Shown: positions 27,338 through 34,387 of the stretch, piece after piece
Position numbering within the stretch: position 1 is the stretch's first letter
Layout: each line of letters begins with the position of its first letter
The notes under the pieces: generated by a model
The model's database searches: none
Seen by the model: only the letters and a program-made list of their open reading frames with translations
Told to the model about the DNA's origin: nothing
Virus record (IMG/VR): IMGVR_UViG_3300032373_000067
Coordinates: 1 to 35,140 of that record
Strand: one strand, 5' to 3'
DNA: 35,140 bases
Origin: a virus
Lineage: Duplodnaviria > Caudoviricetes
Position numbers and translations under genes: made by a program

Positions 27338-27868
27338 ATGAGTATAAAAAAGAATCATTACAGGAAAGTATTTAAAAGCGATCATTTAGGTATTGCTGAT
27401 TTAGAAGATTTCATCGAGGAAAAAAGACCTTTATTTTTTACTATTAGCCACGTGGCACAGGAGTACGGAACAAAAGTGGCGGGTAGAAAAATAGATGCAA
27501 ATATTGCTTATTTTATTGACCCTATTAAACCAATGGTTTTAAATGCCACTAATTCTAAGATAATTAAAAAGTTTTCTGGGGGAAGTCCTTTTGTTGAAGA
27601 TTGGAAAAATATACAAATAGAACTCTATATTGACGCAAACGTGAAAATGAAAGGTGAGGTAGTAGGAGGTTTAAGAATTAGAGAGGAAGCACCTAAGCCA
27701 CTAACAGATAAAGAAATTGAAGACTTATCTAAGGATATAGACGAAGTAAAAGACTTAGGCGGTCTTTCTAAGCTTTATAACTCAAATATAAAGTATAAAA
27801 CAAATCCAGTAGTAACTGAATTATTTAGAGAACGAAATAAAGAACTACGAGCTACAGAAGCAAAATGA
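27338..27868 (+). CDS. Phage recombination-module protein (possible ssDNA-binding/annealing protein)
   Basis: KPMVLNATN and GLRIR motifs; coupled to the 5'-3' exonuclease. Function inferred from context. Confidence 0.5.
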   Translation: MSIKKNHYRKVFKSDHLGIADLEDFIEEKRPLFFTISHVAQEYGTKVAGRKIDANIAYFIDPIKPMVLNATNSKIIKKFSGGSPFVEDWKNIQIELYIDANVKMKGEVVGGLRIREEAPKPLTDKEIEDLSKDIDEVKDLGGLSKLYNSNIKYKTNPVVTELFRERNKELRATEAK

Positions 27869-28647
27869 CAGCACTAATAGATTTAGATAGTATTTTATAC
27901 AAAGCAGTTTACAAAGTTGTTTCTATTTCAGAAATGAGAGAAGCTATAAAAAACTATGGAAAAGAAGCTGCAAAGCAATGGTTAAAAGAAGAAGTTTATA
28001 ACGAAGGAATTAACCGATGTGAAAACGAACTATTAAAGATGCAGCAGTATTTATCGAGTATCTTCTTTGAAGAGATAACTAATTATGAACTATTCATTAC
28101 TACTTGTTCTAATAGTTTTAGAAAACAGATAAGCAAAACTTACAAATCTAACAGAAAAAAGAACAAATACGTATGGCTACTTAGAGAGCATTACAGGCAT
28201 AATGAGGCAAGAAGTAGTGATAGGCTAGAGGCAGATGATTTAATTGCTATAAAGGCTCAGGAAATAGGAAAAGGAAACTATATCATAGTATCAATAGATA
28301 AAGACTTAAAACAGATAGGAGGTTACTATTGGTCGTATTATAAAATCAGATCCAAAGATTCTTTTGGTGATTATATTTCTAATGAGTTTGGATTCTATGA
28401 AACTGAATACCAACAAAAACAAGTTGACTTTATAAGTGATGATGAAGCAAATAAATTCTTTTGGAGTCAAATGTTAATTGGTGACTCTTCAGATAATATA
28501 AAAGGAGTAAAAAGGATAGGAATTAAAACAGCAGAAAAAATACTAAACAATACAACTGTTCCATGGATTGCAACAGCAAGAAAATACATTGAAAAAGGAC
28601 AAAAAGAAGATTTTAAAATTAATTATCAATTATTAAAACTAGGGTAG
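27865..28647 (+). CDS. 5'-3' exonuclease (T7 gp6 / T5 FEN-like)
   Basis: LIDLD, FR...YK.NR, EADD, DKDL and GDSSDNIKGV..IG motifs. Confidence 0.88.
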   Translation: MTALIDLDSILYKAVYKVVSISEMREAIKNYGKEAAKQWLKEEVYNEGINRCENELLKMQQYLSSIFFEEITNYELFITTCSNSFRKQISKTYKSNRKKNKYVWLLREHYRHNEARSSDRLEADDLIAIKAQEIGKGNYIIVSIDKDLKQIGGYYWSYYKIRSKDSFGDYISNEFGFYETEYQQKQVDFISDDEANKFFWSQMLIGDSSDNIKGVKRIGIKTAEKILNNTTVPWIATARKYIEKGQKEDFKINYQLLKLG

Positions 28648-28740
28648 ATAAGCCTTTATAAGAACGAATTAAATTAATACTAATATTCGTATATGAGTAG
28701 AAGAAGTAAAAATAGAAGTGCAAATAATAACTAAAAAATT

Positions 28741-28983
28741 ATGATAGAACAAGATAAAAAATATGTGATTGAGGCTTTGGAATATGCTTTGCACAAATGT
28801 ATTGATGCTAATGGTAACGCTGAAACACATTACAACACTTTAGCTAATGCAATAGAGGTAGTAAAAAACTGCTCTATACCCGTTGTTGTGGGGCGAAGCG
28901 AACAGTTAAAAGCCGAACAAGAAGCTTATAATAGTGGGTATAATGATGGAGCGCAAGCTGCTGCTAATGATATATTAGGTTAG
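28741..28983 (+). CDS. Hypothetical protein reading through an attC-like arm (KNCSIPVVVGRSEQL)
   Basis: 80 aa ORF with an internal GTT core at 28885. Confidence 0.7.
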   Translation: MIEQDKKYVIEALEYALHKCIDANGNAETHYNTLANAIEVVKNCSIPVVVGRSEQLKAEQEAYNSGYNDGAQAAANDILG

Positions 28984-29005
28984 TCGGCTTTTAATTGCCT
29001 ACAAC
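28885..29005 (+). mobile_element. attC-like cassette body
   Basis: GTTGTGGGG..CAGTTAAAAGCCGA pairs with TCGGCTTTTAATTGCCTACAAC. Confidence 0.75.
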
Positions 29006-29037
29006 TAGTATTATGTGTAATTCAAAAACTTGAACTT

Positions 29038-29550
29038 ATGAAAACATTAGAGCTAGAAATATCACTTATAAAATATCTTAATCCAAGACAAAACATAATA
29101 GTTAATAATGTTAGTAATTGGTCAGGTCTTTTAAATTTTGAAGCTGATATTTTACAGCTCACAAATTCGGGCTATGCAAATGCTTATGAGTTGAAAGTAA
29201 GCAAACAAGACTTAAAGAATGACTTAAAAAAGAAGCATATAAAGAACATAAACAATACAGTTGGATTTTTTAACTATAAATCTGGTTTTGACTTTTACTA
29301 TTCGAATTTAAAAACATTTAGTTATGTTGTTCCTAGTTTTTTAGTAAACGAAGCTTTAAATCAAATTCCTTCTTTTTGCGGACTTTATGAAGCTATATCC
29401 TACGAAGGTAAGATTTATATAAACATAAAAAAACAACCTAAGATTTTGAATAAAGTAAAATGGGATGAAAAACAAAAATTGAAGTTAGCCCACTTAGGAT
29501 GTATGAGAATAGCAGGGTTAAAACAAAAAGTATTAAATCATGAAAAATAA
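29038..29550 (+). CDS. PD-(D/E)xK nuclease-like protein (MmcB-like)
   Basis: EADIL...YELKVSKQDL..D..K pattern. Confidence 0.65.
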   Translation: MKTLELEISLIKYLNPRQNIIVNNVSNWSGLLNFEADILQLTNSGYANAYELKVSKQDLKNDLKKKHIKNINNTVGFFNYKSGFDFYYSNLKTFSYVVPSFLVNEALNQIPSFCGLYEAISYEGKIYINIKKQPKILNKVKWDEKQKLKLAHLGCMRIAGLKQKVLNHEK

Positions 29551-29650
29551 AAACCTAATAAAAAACACAATAGCAGTACTTCTTTATATTACTGTAGTAG
29601 GATTTATTTCTGTTTTGTGTGTAATACCAATACTTAAATATTTTAGATAA
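29540..29650 (+). CDS. Small single-TM protein (36 aa)
   Basis: Hand translation MKNKNLIKNTIAVLLYITVVGFISVLCVIPILKYFR; overlaps both neighbours. Confidence 0.5.
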   Translation: MKNKNLIKNTIAVLLYITVVGFISVLCVIPILKYFR

Positions 29651-30084
29651 TGAAAAGCAAAGATTTTTACAAACAAACAGCATGGAAATGGTTTTCTAGA
29701 TATGTATTACTTTACTACTCTATAGACGGAGCAGTACAATGCGCAACAGGAGGGCGTTGGTATAATTGCAATGATAAATTAATGCATTGCGGACATTTAA
29801 TCAAGGTCTTCGACTCAGGCGCAAAGACTAATTTCGCGACAGCTTTTGACTTTAGAAACGTTTTACCTCAAAGTCACCAACATAACGTACATATGGGAGG
29901 TAACGAGTTAAAAATGCTTGAAGCAGTAGAAAAAATCCACGGAAAAGGAACGTACGAAGAGTTAAAACAAAAAGCTAGATTTCCTTTTAGATTAGACGCT
30001 CCTACTCTTATGGAGATATCTTACAAGTATAGAATTAAATTCAACGAACTAGCAAAGACTAAAGGAAACCCCTGGAAGGGTTAA
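29650..30084 (+). CDS. NinG/Rap-like recombination endonuclease
   Basis: FSRY, C.T.G, HCGH, FD.RN..PQ...N and G..Y.EL pattern. Confidence 0.75.
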   Translation: MKSKDFYKQTAWKWFSRYVLLYYSIDGAVQCATGGRWYNCNDKLMHCGHLIKVFDSGAKTNFATAFDFRNVLPQSHQHNVHMGGNELKMLEAVEKIHGKGTYEELKQKARFPFRLDAPTLMEISYKYRIKFNELAKTKGNPWKG

Positions 30085-30383
30085 CGGCTACCGTGTATGG
30101 AATCGGTTTTTAACGGATAAATAGAACAAAATGGAAATAGATTACGACAAAGATTTAAAAAAGGTAATGACTGAACTACAAACCAATTTTGGGTGGGGCA
30201 ACATTGAAGTATTACCCGACAGTTATAAAGACTTACTGAATGATACGATAAAGGCAGTTAAAAACTGTTCTATACACGATGTTAGCGTTTCGTTTGATAA
30301 TGGTTACGACTTAGGTTACAAAGATGCAACAAGTGAGGCTTGTAAGGAAATTGAAAAGAATTACAGACCAAATGAACTCTAAC
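30082..30383 (+). mobile_element. Complete single attC-like cassette
   Basis: Arm 30082-30116 pairs with 30255-30284; GTTAGCGTTTCGTTTG pairs with CAAATGAACTCTAAC. Confidence 0.8.
30131..30382 (+). CDS. Hypothetical protein (cassette cargo, KNCSIHDVSVS)
   Basis: Starts in the hairpin loop; its stop TAA is part of the TAAC core. Confidence 0.75.
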   Translation: MEIDYDKDLKKVMTELQTNFGWGNIEVLPDSYKDLLNDTIKAVKNCSIHDVSVSFDNGYDLGYKDATSEACKEIEKNYRPNEL

Positions 30384-30431
30384 AAGCGCAAATACGAAAT
30401 CACGTATATGCAAATAACAACTAAAAACAAA

Positions 30432-30594
30432 TAAATTAAAAGAGGTTAAAAATGCAGAAATTAGTGGGTTTACCAACAGCAGAAAAGATAGTAAAATTGA
30501 AGGTGTCCAAAGCCTGTTTTCTGTTCCTTCCGTGGGGGCTTCGGCTTGACCCGAAAGGAATAACGGATAGTTGGGCTGCGCCTCTTTTAATTTA
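30432..30594 (+). ncRNA. Candidate structured RNA
   Basis: 14-bp perfect closing stem, GC-rich interior, and a C-TTCG-G tetraloop hairpin. Confidence 0.5.
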
Positions 30595-30612
30595 ATTATT
30601 AAATAAAAAGAC

Positions 30613-30873
30613 ATGAATACATCATCACAATTAGCAAAGAAACGGTTTGACTCTTCAGGTAAGAAGGAAAACCATTACAAAAGAATATTAAAAGCTTTAA
30701 AAGAACTTAAAAACGGATGTTCTAAGGCAATAGCAGAAAAATGTGGACTAGACTATCATCAGGTATCTAGGAGGCTTCCAGAATTAGAGAAAAAAGGAAA
30801 GATTGAAGTTTTAGAAACAGCTAAAACAAAGTATTATGAAACGTCTGTTAATATTTATCAAATAGTAGGTTAG
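30613..30873 (+). CDS. Winged-helix DNA-binding protein
   Basis: IAEKCGLDYHQVSRRLPELEKKGKI. Confidence 0.8.
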   Translation: MNTSSQLAKKRFDSSGKKENHYKRILKALKELKNGCSKAIAEKCGLDYHQVSRRLPELEKKGKIEVLETAKTKYYETSVNIYQIVG

Positions 30874-30875
30874 TT

Positions 30876-31304
30876 ATGGAGTTAATCACACACGAGTTTA
30901 TAAAAAAAACTGTTCAAGAAGTTTCAGGAATAAAAGACCTTTCAGAATGCAAAAGAGATAAAGAATATCCTTTAACTAGATACGTTGCATTTAGATTAAG
31001 TAGAGATTACTTGCCAAAACAAATAAATACTCTTGAATCAATCGCAAAATGTTACGGATTAAAAAACCACGCTACAGTATTGACAGGTATTAATAAGTTC
31101 AATGAATTTAAAAAACAACCATTCTTTAAACCATATTTAAAAGTTTATCAGTTGTCAAATATGGTAATAAACAATCACATAAAAGGAATCTTAGATGATA
31201 TAATAAAGGTTAGTGATTTCAATAAATCAAATACAGATCAAGAGTTAAAAGAATCGATTGATAAAATACTTAATTTTATAAATAATTTCTATGTTTTTAA
31301 CTGA
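30876..31304 (+). CDS. DnaA domain IV-like HTH protein
   Basis: R.KE...R, TLESIA and KNHATVL resemble the DnaA C-terminal signature. Confidence 0.7.
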   Translation: MELITHEFIKKTVQEVSGIKDLSECKRDKEYPLTRYVAFRLSRDYLPKQINTLESIAKCYGLKNHATVLTGINKFNEFKKQPFFKPYLKVYQLSNMVINNHIKGILDDIIKVSDFNKSNTDQELKESIDKILNFINNFYVFN

Positions 31305-31331
31305 GAACGTTTGATATTAAAAAATAAATTG

Positions 31332-31437
31332 TATCTTTGTGTATAGTTTCGTGGTGCAATTTAAGGAACTAATTAAAAAGATATAAACTCTTAATGCGGA
31401 TAGGATTGCACCCCTTGAAGCGTTAAGAGTTTTTTTT
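31332..31437 (+). promoter_or_regulatory. Promoter plus two-hairpin leader/attenuator upstream of the replication gene
   Basis: TATCTTTG at 31332; hairpin 31344-31371; terminator-like stem 31385-31432 with a T tract. Confidence 0.65.
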
Positions 31438-31447
31438 ATACTTTATA

Positions 31448-32203
31448 ATGGCTAGACCAGAAAAAAATACAGTTGAATATTTTCCTTTTTTATGTGATGA
31501 AGGTAAAAAAATGTTTTACATAGAGGAAACTTACGGAAATGATGGGTTTTCTACGTTTATAAAAATACTTAGAGAACTAGCTAAAACAGATTATCATTAC
31601 TTGAACCTATCTAAAAACACTACATTAATGTTTTTATCTGCTAAATGTAAAGTAAGTAAAGAAACTTTAGAATCTATCATAAAAGATCTAGTTGAATTAG
31701 AAAAGTTTGACAGGGTTCTTTGGTATGAAAATAAAGTAGTTTGGTGTCAAGATTTTGTAGATAGTATTCAAGACGCATATAATAAGAGAAAAAATAAATG
31801 TATAACTTATGAGGGTTTAATACTACATTTAATTAGTTTAGGGGTGCGGAAACCTAATAAAAGTAAACTTAAAGTACCTGTAAATACACAAACTATACTA
31901 GAAGAAACTAAAGTATATAAAACTATAGAAGATAGAAAGCGTGAATTTTACAATTCACTTATTCCATTTTTAAAAATTTACAGTAAAGAAATTATAAAAG
32001 AATTTTATGAGTATTGGAGTGAACATGGAGACAAAGACCGTAAATTTAGAAAAGAAAAGGAAAAAAGCTTCAATACATCTCTTAGGCTTAAAAAATGGTT
32101 TAAAAACTCAAAAGAATGGAAAAAAGAAAAAAGTTCCGTTAAAAAAGAAAAGAAAGACGCTTCCGACATATTACTAGAGAGATACGGAGTAACTAAAAAT
32201 TAA
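31448..32203 (+). CDS. Replication initiator (DUF4373 / Lin1244-like N-terminus)
   Basis: MARP.K..VEYFP and IE..YG..G at the N-terminus; C-terminal FYEYWSE...RL..W. Confidence 0.7.
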   Translation: MARPEKNTVEYFPFLCDEGKKMFYIEETYGNDGFSTFIKILRELAKTDYHYLNLSKNTTLMFLSAKCKVSKETLESIIKDLVELEKFDRVLWYENKVVWCQDFVDSIQDAYNKRKNKCITYEGLILHLISLGVRKPNKSKLKVPVNTQTILEETKVYKTIEDRKREFYNSLIPFLKIYSKEIIKEFYEYWSEHGDKDRKFRKEKEKSFNTSLRLKKWFKNSKEWKKEKSSVKKEKKDASDILLERYGVTKN

Positions 32204-32215
32204 AAGAAGTAGAAA

Positions 32216-32425
32216 ATGAAAAGACTTATTAAATACTTAAAAAAGCTATTTGCTATATACATTTTTAGGCGTAGTTATTGGATAATTTACCAAACACGAT
32301 ATGACGAAAAAGTATATTATACTAAGGATAGTATGTGGACAACAGACATAGGTAAGGCAACAAGATACAAGGAACACCCGAAACTTTTTTGGATGGGTAT
32401 AGACCATTTAACAATGAAAGTATAA
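32216..32425 (+). CDS. Hypothetical protein (cassette cargo)
   Basis: Reads through a degenerate arm (LFAIYIFRRS). Confidence 0.6.
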   Translation: MKRLIKYLKKLFAIYIFRRSYWIIYQTRYDEKVYYTKDSMWTTDIGKATRYKEHPKLFWMGIDHLTMKV

Positions 32426-32476
32426 TTACGCCTAACGGACGAGTATATGAAACGAACGACTTAAAAAGACCAAATT

Positions 32477-32695
32477 ATGATCCAAGAACTGAATAAATTA
32501 AAACGCTCAATAAAAGCAGCCGACCCAACACTACAAGACGAAGTTATATGCGACTTGCATAAACAAGTAACAGCTATAATTAAGAATGCAAAACGCTCTG
32601 AAAAAGTAAACCACTTATACGGACTTTATTTTGATAAAACTTATGGTGATGGTTTATCTGCGGAAGAGGCTGCGACAGATTTAGGACTGACCTAA
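32477..32695 (+). CDS. Hypothetical protein located entirely in an attC-like loop
   Basis: Bounded by arms 32433-32463 and 32693-32717. Confidence 0.7.
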   Translation: MIQELNKLKRSIKAADPTLQDEVICDLHKQVTAIIKNAKRSEKVNHLYGLYFDKTYGDGLSAEEAATDLGLT

Positions 32696-32847
32696 GTTTG
32701 TTTTATATACTGTGTTGTGCTTAGCGAAGTGGCGTTTTAATGAAGCACAACGTATGGTTATATGGTTTCGTTGTGAGGTACGAGCAATGAACTATATAAC
32801 GTGTTACCTACTGTATTTGCGTTAATTAAGAACTAAAGTAAATTAAA

Positions 32848-33978
32848 ATGACAGAAGTAAAAAAAAATAAAAAGGGCGTGGCTTTGCAAAAGCCAAATAA
32901 CACGCAACACAAGTTTCCGTATGAGTGGACTTTAAAAGATGCTAACTTTACAAAAGACAAAGGAACTGTATTTAGTTGCTTTGCTTGTGGTGGTGGTTCA
33001 ACTATGGGTTACAAACTTGCGGGATTTGATGTGTTAGGATGCAATGAAATTGACCCTAAAATGATTGAAGCATATAAAACAAACCATAAACCTAAATATG
33101 CTTATTTAGAGCCTATACAAACTTTTAAATTAAGAAAAGACTTACCAAAAGAATTATACAATTTAGATATTTTGGATGGTTCGCCACCTTGTAGCAGTTT
33201 TAGTATGGCTGGAAATAGAGAAAAAGATTGGGGAAAAGAAAAGAAATTTAGAGAAGGACAAGCTGAACAAACTTTAGATACTTTGTTTTTTGACTTTATT
33301 GACCTTGCAAAAGAATTACAACCAAAAGTAGTAGTTGCAGAAAATGTAAGTGGTTTAATGATGGGTTCAGCAAAAGATTACGTAAAAAAGATTTATAAAG
33401 AATTTCAAAAAGCGGGTTATCAATTAAGAATTGAACCCTATTTATTGGATTCTTCAAAAATGGGTGTACCTCAAAAACGTAGGCGTGTTTTCTTTATTGC
33501 AATACGAAATGATTTATCTAATCAATTTATGGAACAAGTGGATATGTTTCAAGTAGCTCCTAAATTAGATTTAACATTTAATGAACCACCAATTAATTTC
33601 AGAAAGATATATGATGGAAAAGGTAAACCAATAACAGATTATAAATTACAAGCGTGGAAACATAGAAAAATAACAGATAAAGGTATTGCAGACAGTAAGA
33701 AACACGCAGGAATGAAAGTAAGCGACTTTAATCACGTTTATTTATTTATGGATAAAGTAATGCCAACTATAACTGGGAAAGCTGAACACGCTATGTCATT
33801 ATTTAATGAACCAATAAAACCAAGTGATACGGAATTAAGAAAAGGCGGAACTTACCCTTTAGACTATAAATATGATGGAAGTATTGGTTATTTGGTAGGA
33901 ATGAGCGTACCACCTGTAATGACAGCGCAAATATCAACAAAGATTTATGAGCAATGGTTATCTAAATTGCTGACGTAG
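32848..33978 (+). CDS. DNA (cytosine-5) methyltransferase
   Basis: FACGGG (motif I), GSPPC (IV), ENV (VI), Q.R.R.F (VIII), GMSVPP (X). Confidence 0.93.
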   Translation: MTEVKKNKKGVALQKPNNTQHKFPYEWTLKDANFTKDKGTVFSCFACGGGSTMGYKLAGFDVLGCNEIDPKMIEAYKTNHKPKYAYLEPIQTFKLRKDLPKELYNLDILDGSPPCSSFSMAGNREKDWGKEKKFREGQAEQTLDTLFFDFIDLAKELQPKVVVAENVSGLMMGSAKDYVKKIYKEFQKAGYQLRIEPYLLDSSKMGVPQKRRRVFFIAIRNDLSNQFMEQVDMFQVAPKLDLTFNEPPINFRKIYDGKGKPITDYKLQAWKHRKITDKGIADSKKHAGMKVSDFNHVYLFMDKVMPTITGKAEHAMSLFNEPIKPSDTELRKGGTYPLDYKYDGSIGYLVGMSVPPVMTAQISTKIYEQWLSKLLT

Positions 33979-34174
33979 GAAGCAAAACGCCCTTTTTATT
34001 TTTTTTGGGTTTAACAATGAACTTTATTAAAAGGTAGAAAGTAAGCCAATATTGTAGGTAACACCAAGATAAGATTTGTGAGGCACGAAATGAATTTTAT
34101 CGACTGTTGAAAAGAGTATGACGCAGCTTGAAAAGCGAGTAATATTCGTTTAAAAAATTAAAATTAAATAAAAA

Positions 34175-34387
34175 ATGAATAAGTTAGAATTTGAAACATG
34201 GTTAAAAGCAGCAATAAGCGATTCTTTTATGGATTTGTTTTACTATGACAGAAAAAATTGCGAAGAAATGCCATTGAGCCTACTTAACGAATGTGAAAAA
34301 AAAGGATTTATAGATAAAGAAACTTTAATTAAACTATTTACAAATCATATAGAGACTGAATTTATTGAAAAACCATCAACTAAATGA
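34175..34387 (+). CDS. Hypothetical protein
   Basis: 70 aa ORF containing DLFYYDRKNCE. Confidence 0.7.
   Translation: MNKLEFETWLKAAISDSFMDLFYYDRKNCEEMPLSLLNECEKKGFIDKETLIKLFTNHIETEFIEKPSTK

Larger units (their letters stand above)
32245..34155 (+). mobile_element. Tandem array of 3-4 attC-like cassettes
   Basis: Alternating inverted core pairs: TTTAGGCGT/ACGCCTAAC, GTTGTGCTT/AAGCACAAC, GTTACCTAC/GTAGGTAAC. Compact hairpins at 32748-32806 and 34059-34109. Confidence 0.8.
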
